64,000 nt of DNA, from positions 1,488,001 through 1,552,000 of the forward strand of contig OZ218958.1 in the NCBI GenBank assembly GCA_965112735.1. The letters run 5' to 3'. Every line of letters begins with the position of its first letter. Positions within the stretch are counted from its first letter, which is position 1. Below, piece after piece: positions 1 to 21,389 of this stretch. A program made the translations under genes and the position numbers. The DNA comes from Phaeosaccion multiseriatum (Eukaryota; Protista; Ochrophyta, other classes). The notes under the pieces are model-generated. The model saw nothing but the letters and a program-made list of their open reading frames with translations. It did no database searches and had not been told where the DNA came from.

Positions 1-1183
1 CCACCGAACCTCCCACCACGCCTCCCACCGCACCTCCCACCACACCTCCCACCGCACCTCCCACCGCACCTCCCACCGCACCTCCCACCGCACCTCCCAC
101 CACACCTCCCACCACACCTCCAACCACACCATCATCTCCCGCAGCACCTCGCACAGCTCCCACCCCTCCCACCCCTCCCACCAGCACCGCCCCTCCCACC
201 TCAACTTCCGTCAGCCCTGCCACCACCCCGCCCACCACCGAGACTCTTTCTCCCGTTCCCCTCCTTTCAAACGACGTTACCCAAGCGCCCGTGCTGCCCG
301 ACACGCCCTTGGCCTGTCGGGGCGTCGGAGTATGCGGTGAGTGAATCGTATCAAGCAAGGCTACAGCTTTCCGAGGCCCACCCTCCCATCCTTCGCTCCC
401 TCCTGCCTGCCGCTGACATATCCCAACCCACCGTTTCGCACGCACGCACACACGCACGCACGCATACACTCCCTGCTCCCTTCCCTTCCGGACGCAGGCG
501 TGGGCGGCGCAAGTTGCGAGCTCGAGCCATCATGCAGCACCGAGGGCGGCTTCGGCTGCCTTCTGAGTGGATCGCTTTGCCGTTACTGCGGTTTCGGAAC
601 GTACCCGCGCTGTGGTAGTGGATCGGCTATTAGATCCTGCATCGGCGTGGCCGCGTGTGGCGTTGGCGACCAAACTTGTGAAGTGCATGACGCGTGTGAG
701 AGGGGCGGGGTAGGGTGTATTCCTGGCGGTTCGAACTGCCGCTTCTGTGGATTCGGAGGCTTTAGGGCGTGCACCTCGGGGGGTATATCGGGAGGGGAGT
801 CTCCGGTTAGTACTGACGCGTGCGCAGAAAAGTGCACTGCGGCAGAGCCCTGCTATACAGACGCGAGGTGTTCGACAGGGCAAGAAAGCTTGGGGTGCGG
901 CGCCCGTGGAGACCCAGAGTGCAGGTGAGACGAGTAGGGGAAGGAGCGAGGAGCGAGCTGGAGCTGCAATGGAGGCGAGGCACAGCCAGTACATCTTTGC
1001 TTCGCTCGTTGCCTCGTACAGATTCCTCATTGCCTGGGTAGAGCTCGTTCTGCTGACCAAAGCGCCCCCTAATCTCCTCTCCTCTCCTCTCCTCTCCTCT
1101 CCTCTCCTCTCCTCTCCCCTCTCCCCGCTACTATCGTAAGGTTCTGCGGCTTTGGGAACTTCGCACCAGTCGTCTGCCGTTGA
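1..1183 (+). CDS. 3' part of a probable extracellular protein: Pro/Thr mucin-like stalk followed by three Cys-rich CRFCGF modules (5' end outside the window)
   Basis: Frame 3 from position 3 reads TEPPTTPPTAPPT repeats. Exons <1-336, 498-924 and 1141-1183 with GT-AG introns join in frame. Modules: CELEPSC..GC..CRYCGFG, CEVHDAC..GC..CRFCGFG, CYTDARC..GC..CR|FCGFGNFAPVVCR*. Confidence 0.75.
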
Positions 1184-1452
1184 GGGCGCTGAGGACGCGC
1201 GCGCGTTGCTGGAGGAACATCCATCGATCCATAGCGATCACTGTCATTATAAGATATTTGTTCCTTCTATCGTACCACGACGTCGTCTTCCCGACCTAAT
1301 ACACTGTTATCTTAACATGTTGCCACGCTCCAGTCCACGCTACTGCTGGCTGCCCACCCAAGCGGCGCGGATCCCTCCTTTCTCCCTACCCCTCCCATAG
1401 TATACATACACTACTCATTACGCCCGTACACACATGCAATGCCGGCCCCCCT

Positions 1453-2177
1453 TCAGCTCTTCGGCGCCAACGTGCCCTTGGCGGTTTCCCCTGCGTCGCC
1501 CTTCATCACCTCTTGAGTCTTGCCTCCGGCTTTTTCAGCCCCGCCGCTGAACTTGCTCTTCAAATCATCGCCGAAGACGGAATCTCTGCCGAGCGCGGAC
1601 TCAGTGCTGAAGAGTGACTCCTTTGCGCTTGCTGCGGCGCCCTCAGAGATGGTCTCCACGGCACTCCCGGCGACTTCCCCAACCTTCTCCTTCGCCGTAT
1701 TGGCCGTGTCCCCAACTGTGTCCTTGGCGCTTGCCGCGCTGTCCTTCACGCTGCTGGCCCCCTCAGAGATGGTCTCCTTGGTGCCCTCAAGTGTCTCAGA
1801 GGCCTTGAGCTCCTCCAAGGTCTCCTTGGCACCCTCAAGTGTCTCGGAGACGGTCTCTTTGGCACCCTCAATTGTCTCGGAGGCCTTGTCCGCCACAGTG
1901 CCCTTCTGGGCCGAGTCCGCAGACTCGCCGGCACGGGCCGAGTCCGCAGACTCGCCGGCACGGGCCGAGTCCGCAGACTCGCCGGCCTTCTCGGACTTCT
2001 TCTTCGTCCCGCTGCGAACAGCGTTCCTCAACTGTTGTGAGGGGAGAGGGAAGAAGAGAAGCGGGACCAAGAAGAGAGAGCAAGTGTCAAAGAAACCTCC
2101 TTCAACCTGTTCAGCGTGCTGGCCAAGAACTCTCAGCTTCTTACCGACTTCTTCAGTTGCTTGACCTTCTCGAACAT
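1453..2177 (-). CDS. LEA-like/hydrophilin repeat protein (~203 aa)
   Basis: Exon 1 (2177-2145, MFEKVKQLKKS, GTAAGA donor) joins in phase 0 to exon 2 (2031-1453). Contains 11-mer-like repeats ASETIEGAKET/VSETLEGAKET and three ESADSARAG-type repeats; rich in Ala/Lys/Glu/Thr, no Cys or Trp. Confidence 0.7.
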
Positions 2178-2578
2178 CTTCCTCCTGTTATTGCTACGTG
2201 GCGGGCTTGGAGATTAATTCCCTTTTTTTTTCGTTCGTTTATTGTAGATGATCGTGTCAAATGGGGAAGGGAAGGGAAGGGAAGGGAAGGGAAGAAAAAA
2301 AAATATTAAAAAATAAAAAAAGGGCGGAGAGTCGGTTTCCTCCTTTTCCCTTGATTACTGATTACTGATTATAACGCGCGCCAGCCGGCCTGATTACTGA
2401 TTATGGTGCCAGCCCGAGGAAATGGCCGGCGCCAGCCGGCCCGGTTGTTGATTACAGCCGGTGACCAACCCCCTAGCCGGGGGCTAACGATTGCGGCCGG
2501 CGCACACCGTATAATCTTGTCCAGGGTCGAAACGATGGTACCCAAGTAAGGTACCCAAGGAAGTGCCCGTACCCTCTA

Positions 2579-2740
2579 TCGGCCCCTGACATGCTTCTGA
2601 GGCGACCCTGCTTCCTGCTTCTGGCCGGCGCCAGCCGGCCAGGCAGGTTCCAGGTTCTGGGGGAAAGCCATGTAATAAGGCAATGATAAGACCCTTCCTG
2701 CTTCTGGGCTGGCCTGTCTCAGAAGCATGTCAGGGGCCGA
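2579..2740. mobile_element. MITE-like element, 162 bp, with 23-bp perfect TIRs and a 6-bp TSD
   Basis: TCGGCCCCTGACATGCTTCTGAG (2579-2601) and its exact reverse complement (2718-2740); CCTCTA flanks both ends (2573-2578, 2741-2746). Confidence 0.65.
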
Positions 2741-3084
2741 CCTCTACGCCCATTTGTTGCCTGTGAATGGAGCATATTCGAAGAGGTCGTGGCGTAGACA
2801 CGGACGTGTGTATGATCGATCAATGCATATCTATTGTTCTTTTTCAGCCTTAAACTAAAATCAGCCTTATCTCCAGCTTTGTCAGCAGCACTGCCCGTCT
2901 TCTCCTCTTCCCCGGCCTGAGTACCAGCCTTGTCCGCGCCCGCGCTGTCACGTGGCACGTGACAGGGGCATCGTCCACCTTTCGAAGAACTGAAGCGCTC
3001 TCACGTGGCACGGGGCAGAGGCGTCGTCCACCTTTCCGAAGACCTGAGTTAAATGCCCGCCGATAGGAAGAAAAGGAAAAAGGC

Positions 3085-3441
3085 TTATTTCCCCTGAAGC
3101 TCTGTGATCTTCGCCTTAGCGCTATCGCCTGCCTCAGTGGCCTTGTCGCCCAAGCCCGCCTGCAGCTCGCTCGCCTTCGCCTTAGCGCTGTCGCCAACCT
3201 CAGTCGCCTTGGAGCCCAAGCCCTCCTTCAGCTCGGTCGCCTTTTCGGTGACATTGCCCTTCTGCTTCTCTGCGAAGTCCTTAGCACTGTCCCCGGCATC
3301 CTTAAGTGCGTCAGATGCCTTGCCTTGAAGCTCGGTGGCTTGTCCGTGGCTGTGTCCTTTGCAGTCTCAGCGGCAGCGGATGCCTGGCTTGAGGCGTCCT
3401 TCGCTAGCGTCGCTCACTTTATCCTTCGCGTCCTTGAACAT
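3085..3441 (-). pseudogene. LEA-like paralogue with two apparent frameshifts
   Basis: Begins MFKDAKDKVSDA, shifts frame near 3407 into AKDASSQASAAAETAKDTATDK, then shifts near 3341 into TELQGKASDALKDAGDSAKD...KATEVGDSAKAKASELQAGLGDKATEAGDSAKAKITELQGK*. Sequencing error cannot be excluded. Confidence 0.55.
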
Positions 3442-3741
3442 GGTGTTGTTGTAAATGGCTATAGTGCCCTTCCAGCAGCACAGCCTGACTCACTTCAGCC
3501 CTCTCGGTCCCTCAGATCTTCACGTGGATATCTCGGAAACAAAAAAAAATGGCGGATCTCAGGGAACGAAGATATTCAGATGGCACCAGATGGTCTCATC
3601 ACTCTCTCTCTCTCTTCATAACAAAGGAGTTCTCTCTCTTGTTTCGCTCTCATCTCAGATGCTTAGAGGGGAAAGAAGGAGAGGGTTATCTGGTGTGGTA
3701 CAGTACTGGTACATCTTCGACGAAGTGCTTCTCCACAGATC

Positions 3742-6700
3742 ATGGCCGCGAGGAAACGTGCACGGAGCCCAGAGAGCCCGACAAACAGCAACAGGAGGGC
3801 TGATGGGAAGCCGGGAGCGCCTTCTTCGACTGCCAAATCAGCCCCAACCCCCACGCCGGTCACTCGTAGGAGGAAGCGGGAGCGACAGGAGGGGATAGTC
3901 ACGCTCCTCAGCTGGCTGTGCTACCCCTTGGCCGTCACGTGGATCTTGCTCTTCCCAGCCATCACCATCACGACGGGAGAGCTCAAGCCCCGTGGGACTT
4001 TCTTTGACGAGAACGCCATCCTTGTGCATCACACACGCCTGCCCGAGGCCCAAGTGCAGAAGGTACGGAGGTGTTGTGCGATGGAGAGCGCTGAACACTC
4101 ATCAGTGTACCTCATCAAAGCCATTTACCCCCTTCGATGAGTGGATGGATGGATGGACTGACTGATTGATTGATTGGTTATTCCTTCCCCCCTTTGGGTC
4201 GTTCGTGCCTTGCGTTCAAATTGCAACGTACTCGCAAACAACGGCAGGTCGTCCAACATCAAGAGAATAGGAGATATGCGTACCTCCGCGGCGAAGGCCA
4301 GGAAGGAGGGGGGCAGGAGGAAGAGTGTACGAGCGGGTCGAGTGTGCGGCAGTACGTGGAGCGCGAGCTTCGAGACATGGGGCTCCCTGTCTATGAGCAC
4401 CGCTACCGTCGGCCGCTGTACATGCCCGACATGGCCCAGCACCAAGGCGGGGCTGGTAGTGGCCGCACCGACACCGAGAGGCGGAGGTGAGGGAACACTA
4501 GAGCAAGAGGAGGAGGAGGCGGCGGAGGGGGGAGAGAGAGAAAGGTTCGGAGACAGAGGGGTCGGGGGGTGGAAAGGGAAGGGGAATCAGATGGCATAGC
4601 GAGCCACACAGAAGGAAAGGGAGGGAGGGTCGTTATCAGAGACGAGTTGTTATGCAGGTATTCAAGAGGTTAAGCCGGAGGGGGGTTTGTTTCGTCTGAA
4701 CCGAGTTTCAGTCTCAGCTTTTGACGCCGACCAATATCGAGACCTGATATCGATGCCCCCACAGAGGGTTGAACCCGTGTCTTGTGCCCTTTCCCCCTCC
4801 ACCCGCATTCCCTCAACGCCCCGAGTAACCCCATTCTACCCCCCCTCTCTGGCACGCACACCCAGCCTGTTCACCATAATACGGCCGGGAGCGGTGCACA
4901 GTAAGGACTGCCTCGTCCTCGTCATCTCTCAGAACCTGCAGGAGCATATGGGGAGCGGTGTATTAGAAGCAGCGGATGAGGGCAGCAGTAGCGGTGGTGG
5001 TGGTGGTGGTGGTGGTGGTGGTAGCTTGAGTATCTTTCTGTCGGTGGCCGCCTACCTGAGGGAGGCGAGGTGGTTGTCAAGGAATGTTCTCCTTCTCGTG
5101 GCCGATGAAGAGGATTGTCGCGGCAGCAGCGGGTAAGAAGGGCACGGAAACACACACCCACCCGCACACACACACATACACACACACAATCACATGCACG
5201 CACGGTTGAAAATACACACCCTCTCTCTCTCACTCACACACACGTATAAGCACATATACACACACGTGTATGACCGTCCCTTATCGCTTCCTCACCCGTG
5301 TGTATGCTGCTATGGCACAGCTGTGGCACCGGCGAACGCTTGTGTATGCCCGCACGTACGAAGCTCTAGAAATCTCCACCCCCCCTCGCCCATTCGCTGA
5401 CTCACTCACTCACTTGCTCACTCACTCACTCACTCACTCACTCACTCACTCACTTGTTCACTCACTCACTCACTCACTCATAAACGCACCCACTCACTCA
5501 CTCACCCACCCACTCACTCACCCCCTCACTCAATCACTCACTCACCCACCCACCCTCCTCCTCGTCGTCCTTATGCCCGCACGTCTCGGCCCCGTACAGA
5601 GGCGGCTGCGGCAGGAGTAACGGGTACAGCCCGGGTGTAGAGGCCTTTCTCGCGGACTACCACGGCGATGCTATGGAGGCCCTGCATGGCGGGGTGAGTG
5701 AGTGAGTGAGTGAGTGAGTGAGAGAATGGGTGAGTGAGTGAGTGGGTGTTGGAGTGGGTAGTGAGTGAGTGAGTGGGTGAGGGAATGGGTGAGTGAGTGA
5801 GTGGGTGAGGGAGTGGGTGAGTGAGTGAGTGGGTGAGGGAGTTGGTGACTGCGAGGAGTTTATCGGGGCAAGGCATGTACTGATGAAAGCCCTGAGCGAA
5901 ACGTTAATCTACGCTTGTGTATCAGGCTTTCCCTCCACCCAGACCTTGGGCATATACTATTGTCCCTCTCTCAGGGACAACATCGCATCTGCCTTCTTAC
6001 GCGTGTGTGTCTCTTGGGAGATAGGTACGATTGTACCGGGCTCCCTACCTCTCTTCTCAATGCGGGGCCTGACGCTGTCCTCCTCCCCCCCCCCCCCCCA
6101 CTCTCTTTTCTTGCTCTGGACACACACACACACATACAGGGCAACGCGTACCGTACCGCAGGCAGCAACAACAGCACGAGCCCGAGGAGCAGCGCGGAGG
6201 GCCTCGATAATAGCCCTGTCCTGACACCACCCACTGTCTTGGCACCCCCCTTCCTCTTGCTGGATGACCGGGCGAGCACAAGGGCCCTCATGCCAAGAGC
6301 AGGCTACATGCGCGCGGCCCTCACCCTCGACTTCCCACTTGCCAGGAGTAAGGCAGCATCAGCAACAGCAGGACAAGCAGTGTCCGGGTGGGCAGCAGGA
6401 GCAGGAGGAGGAGGGGGAGGGGGAGGAGGAGGAGGGGGAGGGGGAGGAGGAGGAGGAGCAGAGGGGGGAGCGTGGAAGTCTGTGACTGTGCTCACCACGG
6501 GCTTCAACGGACAGCTGCCCAATATGGACCTCCTCAACATGGCGGTCTATCACTTGCGGCGCTCACCCTTCAGGTACAGCGAGTACGGTTACATTTGTGC
6601 CTACCTACTCTTGCGTACGTTCTCTGCTGAGCTGAGCTGAACCGATCTGACCCATGTGTTCGCCCACTCACTCACTCACTCACTCGCTCACTCACTCACT

Positions 6701-8762
6701 CACTCACTCACTCACTCACTCACTCACTCACTCACTCACAGTACTGACCGATGTGGAGGCGCCCCACACGGCGAGGAGTGCACAGACGGGGTGCGAAGTC
6801 TGCAGGATTGGGCCACGAGGCAGGCACGTAAACCTCTGCTCTGCGCTGCCCTCATACCATCATGCCCATATGCCTGCGCTCGACCTACAATGTCTTTCCC
6901 CTCTATTAATCCCCACCCCCCTCTTCCTCCCCCTCCCCCTCTGCAGCTGCTGCACCGGAGGAGAGCGGGGGCGGGTTCCTCTGGAGGCCTGCGTGAGTTG
7001 CGCTACTGTGGCCGCCTCTTCGGTATGCTCGGCAGTATGGCTTCGGTGCTCATGGGCCCCACCGGCCCACACGCTCTCTTCTTGAAGTACAGGTGTGTGT
7101 GTGTGTGAGTGTGTGTGTGTGCGTGTGTGTGTGTGTCTGTGTCTGTGTGTATGTGTATGTGTGTGTGTCTGTGTCTGTGTCTATGTACGTGCGTGCGTGC
7201 TTCCAAGGCCTCCGCTTCTTGCCTCTTGCTTGCTGTCTGCTCTCGTTTGGATGGGGTGGGCTGCTTCTCCCCCGGGGTGGTACATCATGCATCGTGCTTT
7301 TGCACAAGGTGGCAGTGATCTACGACCATCCTCACCTTTTTTGCCTCTTCTCGCCCGCCCCGATGGATCTCACTCACTCACCCCCTCCCTTCCCCTCCCC
7401 CCAGCATTGATGCCGTGACAATCCAGGGCGTCCCCTTCCACCCCCCATCCTCTTCGTCCTCCTCTTCTTCTTCTGCTGTCTCCGCTGGCGATGCCACGCC
7501 TGATTCTTCCGACCCTCCTGGCGCCGCTGCCGCCGTCTCACTCGAAGCTGTGGTGTCAAGCGTGCTCAACACGGTCCGCAGCATGAGTAACTTGGAGGAG
7601 GATCTGCATCACTCTCTCTTCTTTTACTTCATGCTCGGGCAAGTATGACTTCTCTCGCCCTCTCTCTCTCTGTCCGCGAGACTCCCCTCTAGAAGGAGCG
7701 AATGGAACTATAAACGCACACACCTTATCATGAATGATTGCCTGTCTTACTCCCCAGCCCTTCCCTCCCATACTCCCTCCCTCCCTCGCCCCCTGCCTCC
7801 CTCCCTCCCTGCCTCCCTCCCTGCCTCCCTCCCTGCCTCCCTCCCTCCCTCCCTCCCTCCCTCCCTCCCTCCCTCCCTCCCTCCCTCCCCCCATCCCCCT
7901 CCCGCCCTTACCGCAGCTCGGACTTCTTCGTATCCCTCGGAGAGTACCTGTACGCCGCGGCTCTACTCCTCGTCCCCCTCGGAATCGCTTGCTATCGACT
8001 CCTCTCCAACTCCCGCGGCCTCAGGTACCTTCCTTCCCTCGCTGTGCTCACGGCGCTGGGGACGCAGGGTTGCCTCGCAATGTGGTGGTACGCTGGCAGC
8101 GTTGGCGACGCCGGCAACGGAGGAGTCAGTAGAGGGTTCAGCAGAGGAGTATCGGGAGGCGATGGAGGAGGAGGAGGAGGAGGAGGAGGAGGAGGAGGAG
8201 GAGGAGGAGGAGGAGATGACAGGGGTGGCTTGGGGGACTGGGGTGAGTGGGCTGGTAGTACGAGTAGGGTCCAGTGGGTGGTGCACATGAGCACGTTGGG
8301 AGGGTATGCGCTTGTGGTGCTGTCGGCCGCTGTCCTCACCACGAGCGAAAGGAGTCGCAGGGCAGCAGCGGCAGTTGGTGGTACAGCAGCGACGGTGGCG
8401 GCGGTAGCTCGTGATCACCTCCAAGAGTTCGGAGAGGAGAGCGAATCTAGGGGTGGGGGTAGAGGGGGTGCCGAAGAGGAGAAAGAGAAGGAGGAGGAGG
8501 AGGAGGAGGAGGAGGAGGAGGAGGAGGAGGAGGAGAAGGACAACGAAGAGGACGAGGAGGAGGATGATGAAGAGGAAACCGAGGGTTGTGACGACGTGTG
8601 GAAGAGCCTAAAGGTGTTCGGTGGGCTGGGCTTCGCCTATCTGTTGTGCATGACGGGCCTCGTGAACTGGAGCCTCGCTACCCTCGCAGGCCTCACCTTG
8701 GTACCGCTCCTGACCCTCGCTGAGCCGCTGTCGACCTTGTTCTGGGGGTGTGAGGTGCCGGC

Positions 8763-8800
<38 letters not shown>

Positions 8801-9255
8801 AGGAGGAGGAGGAGGAGGGCGCGAGCTCCCCGAATGCTTCTCCCACAGCGGCACGGAAGAGAGGAGAAGAAGAAGAAGAAGAAGAAGAAGAAGAAGAAGA
8901 AGAAGACGATGAGCATGAAGACGAAGAACCTTCAACAGCCCCATTGCTCTCGTCGCCCTTGGTACTGGCACCGGCACAGGCACCACCGGCCACCCCAACC
9001 TCACGGCCTTCTCCCTCTCCTTGGCAGCTGCTGAAGGTGGTGATCCTGCTTACAGGGGTCGTCGTCACCTCTCCTCCCGTCGTGGTGATGGCACTAGGGA
9101 GGATTGCCAGTGCAGGAGGAGGGGAAGGTGCGGGTGCGGCGGTCCTGGAGGACTGGGCGGTGCTCTGGCGCCAAGGAGGGGCCCTGAATCTTCCCTTTTT
9201 GTTGCTCGTGTGGAGCCCTGTGCACCTCATGTATTGCTTGATTCTCCTCCTGTAG
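3742..9255 (+). CDS. GAA1: GPI transamidase component GAA1/GPAA1, multi-exon
   Basis: Conserved Gaa1 motifs in order: RGTFFDENA, LFTIIRPG..KDCLVL, WLSRNVLLL, GFNGQLPNMDLLN, HALFLKY|SIDAVTI, SMSNLEEDLHHSLFFYFM, FVSLGEY; N-terminal TM and multi-TM C-terminus. Confidence 0.92.
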
Positions 9256-9483
9256 AGATGCCCCGTATGCCTGCAAAATTAATTAGTTTTATTTTCAGTT
9301 TATTGGCCCCCTAACGGCGCCAGAACCCAATGTAAAAAAAAGAAAAGCTCCTGCACATGGCCTGGGGGCCCAGCAGCAATGGGATCAGGCGTGAGAGAAG
9401 AAGGTATTGAGGCTGTGCTGTGAGCCGACAGCGCCCCTGCCAGTTGGGAGAGGAGGATAGCCACAGGGCTGGTGAACGAGAAG

Positions 9484-17693
<8,210 letters not shown>

Positions 17694-17955
17694 GGGGTTC
17701 AGGCAGGGTAGGGAGGGGCGGACAGAAAGAGAGAGAGAGAGAGAGGCAGGCAGGCAGGCAGACTGGCAGGCATACATACCTTTACGAATATCTTATCTGT
17801 ATTTAGTTGGTTCACGCGTATGCTGAAGGTACTTGGCATACAATGGTACTTACTTACTTCGCTCACAAGCTCATTTCTAACACTGACAAACAAAAAACAC
17901 TGAGCGACGACAGAGGACGTAGGCGGGGGCCGGACCTCGACGGCCCGCACACACG

Positions 17956-18107
17956 CCTCGCTGCAAAGCCATCCTCCGATACTCCGATAGACAGTCACGC
18001 CCCGATCACAGCAGCAGGGGGTACCCACTCCCTCGCTGCAAAGCCATCCTCCGATACTCCGATAGACAGTCACGCCCCGATCACAGCAGCAGGGGGTACC
18101 CACTCCC
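17956..18107. repeat. Two-copy 75-bp tandem duplication
   Basis: Unit CCTCGCTGCAAAGCCATCC...GGGGGTACCCACTC starts at 17956 and again at 18031. Confidence 0.9.
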
Positions 18108-18449
18108 CTCTGCGTGCACAGAGCTTTACATAGACATATATACCACACCACACAGGAGGGGGATGGGGGACCACGTCCCTGCCTCTGCCCCTCCTCCCCC
18201 CTTCCAAAGCGTGTGGGCATCCGCAGGAGGGCATAGACTGCCATAGAGGCCTGGGAAGGGTTGGAGGTGCTGTGGCGCCAGCCAAGTACAGACCGCTCGT
18301 GCCCTCCCTTCAGGACCTTCTCCCACTCCAGAAGCAGAGGGACGTAGGGGTGTTGCGACTGCCTGCGTTCACTCGACGTTGCGCTTGGCTTGCGGACGGA
18401 CGAAAAGCTCTCTGCTATTCGCCCTCTTCGATCGCTTCTCCCATCCACC

Positions 18450-18982
18450 TCACTTCTCTCGAGGGTCTTCGATGGGAACCATTCGGATGTCCTCCTTCTC
18501 GTTGTGGAACCTCTTCATCAGGTCCTGAGGTGGCGGGGGGGGAGGAGATAGTCACGTTAGGAGGGCCCTTGCCTTCATCTTCGTCCTTCCTTCCCTCTTC
18601 CATACTCTACCTAACGATCCCCGCCTCCTCTCATGATGCCTGCTTTCTCTTCCCTCCTTTGGCTCCGCTGCGCCAACTGCGCTGCCCCAACCCCTCTTTC
18701 CTCTGCTGCCTTTCCGCCCCCCCCCCCCCTTTTTTCTCCCACCTTACTCTCCCAGCCTTGAAATAAAATCTACACCCCCACCACCTTCCTACACCCCACA
18801 CGCACACCACTCACCTTGTGCTCCATCTCCAGCGAGAACTCCCTCTCGCTCCCTGACTTGCGCTTCTCGTCCTTGGCCTCCACCAACGCGGACACGAACT
18901 GGCTCAGCACCACAGAACCCCCCACCACAAAGGCCACCATGGGCAGCCCCATCTTCCAGAACGACCTGCCGGAAGAACTCAT
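18450..18982 (-). CDS. COX16: Cytochrome c oxidase assembly protein COX16 (80 aa)
   Basis: Exon 1 (18982-18815) MSSSGRSFWKMGLPMVAFVVGGSVVLSQF...REFSLEMEHK; exon 2 (18524-18450) DLMKRFHNEKEDIRMVPIEDPREK*. Matches the COX16 GLP..VVGGS..L..F TM pattern and FSLEEE-like motif. Confidence 0.85.
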
Positions 18983-19837
18983 CGCGGCAAGCAAAGTGGG
19001 AGAAAGGGGGGTCCTTTGTTGGGGAGAGAATGGTGGTAAGCCATTTGTGATCCGGCACACGTATGCCTAACACGTTAACTTTTTCCTCTCTCCCTCCCTC
19101 CCTCTTTCTTACAGGGTGATTTCTATTAAGTAAATATTTCTCACTCCCACCCCTTTCCTCTTACTCCCTCTCACTCGCCGCTCCCCTCTCCCCCTCTCTC
19201 CACCAACCCGAGTCCAGAGGAGGCATCTGTTTGGTTTCAGTTTCATTGTATTGGCCTCATATACGGTCCAGAGCTCACGCAAACACCGCACAAGCACACA
19301 CGCAACGTGTCCACGACGTAATTGATGAGGCTAGGTCCGGAGCATACTCTTGAAAGGAGCAAACCATTGCAGATTGTCACCCCCCCTCGCCAGCTCAACA
19401 GCCAGCAAGTCGGGTATTCGAAGGACAAACAGTCACAGAAGATGGGGGCTGAGGGTACGAAGGGGTTGAGCGGCCGTGCGAGCAATTCTCAGTTTCATCA
19501 TACTGATCTATCATCAATTGTTGAATTCAAAATTAAGTATATCCCTCCAAGGTATAACTTCCCAACTACTCAAACGTCACACAGTTCGTGTGCACAAGAC
19601 GCAAGGCGGAAAGACCAATCGTTTTAGCCCGACAACAAAAATGTTGTGAGCCAAAGCCACACCACACCGGTCAACACAACCAATCAATCAATCAATCCAT
19701 CAATCAACACGCCACCCGTCACAAAACACAAAGGCACAGCACGACGAACCCCCTCCCTGCTGTGCCGATTCCTACTCCTCGCTCTCCTCGCTCTCCTCAC
19801 CCCCTTGAGAAGGAAACCAGAGAGAATCAGGATCCAA

Positions 19838-21357
19838 TCAGAAGCGGCATGGAATGTTGCCGTACACTCCGAATCCACAGAATCTACACGACAGCTCTCC
19901 GTTCACGTTGCAGCCCAAATCGCCGCGTGTGCATGACTCATCCGTAAAGCAAGTTTCCTTGGTACCGTCGTCCAGCACCCCTGTGCACTGACACCCGCCC
20001 CCCCCGTTCGACGGGTCGTCATCAATCCCTTGTGGGCAAGGAATGTCTCTGTAGATGGTGTCAAACCTACCCGTCTCCTCCGGCAGCGTACAGAAGCGGC
20101 ACGTGGGCATGCCCATCACGTTGCACCCCAGCGACACGTATGGGAGGTCGCAAGAGGGGTCGTTGAAGCAGCGGATGCTTGCTCCCTGCGGGTCCACGCC
20201 GCGACACGTACACTCCCCTCCTCCTCCTCCTCCTCCTCCTGGTGACGTGGTTTCCGTCGTCGTTTCCGTCGTCGTGTCGGTCGGCGCTGCTGTCGGCGCT
20301 TCGGTCGGCGCTCCAGTCGACGGTTCCGTGGATGGATCAGTCGGTGAATCAGTTGGTGCATCAGTTGGCTCGCCGGTGCCAACGCTGGGCCTACACTCAG
20401 CAGTCACCATGTCCGCTGCAACAGTCCTGCTCTCTACATCTTCAAACACCCCCGCAGAGCGCGCCACTGGTGTCCCATCAAAGTCAACCACCCAGCCCCC
20501 CTCGCCGTGGCTACAGCACACGCCATCGTAGGCAGAGTCGAAAAACTCAAAGGTGTAGGCATATGTCTCCACCTCTGTCGAACGATTCAAGCAAGCGGTA
20601 AAGTTGTACGTGGTGTCCGGTGCCAAGGCACCAAACGTAACGGGCACGTCGAAGGCGCTGGCGTTGGTGGGGAAGGTGCGAAGACTCTGCGTGGGTTTGT
20701 CAGACTCCTCGTTCCGACGATCAGCACGAGCCGCGGCAATGGCGGCCGCGCTGCTGTCTCGGACCTGATCAAAGGCCAGGATCGTGGAGACTGTGGAAGC
20801 GTTGGTGGCCCGGTCAACCTTCTCCTCAGAGACGAGGAAAGACGTTTCAACGGGGAAGTTATCGGTGGTGAAAGAGATGGTGGCCAGGTGCTCGTCGCAT
20901 GGACAGGAGTCTATCAAGTCGTACACCGGGCACATCTCCTCCTTGTCGTCGCTGCGCGGGGGGGAGGAAGGAAGGAAGGAAGGAAGGAGAGACGTGAGAC
21001 ATGTACAATGATAATGATAATAATAATATAATGAAATGATAATACAATGGTGTACGGTTGGGGCATGGTGGGTCAAACGTGCCGACGATCGATAAGGGGG
21101 TGTAACAAAAGAAACGACATTCCGGAAAGATAAAGGGTCCTTGCAGGTGGGTGGACAGCTCATTCTTTGATCGTTCGTATGTGTGGTGGGTGACATTACT
21201 TTGGGCTTACCAGCAATTCTCTTCTTCCACACACTGGTTGTAGCTGGCCATGGGAGGAGGAGGAGCAAAGGGCCGACAGACGGGACGAGGGGAAGGGAAG
21301 AAGACGGCAACAGATGGGTGAGCGCGGGGCCAGTAAGACAAGCCTCTCTCTCTCTCT

Positions 21358-21389
<32 letters not shown>

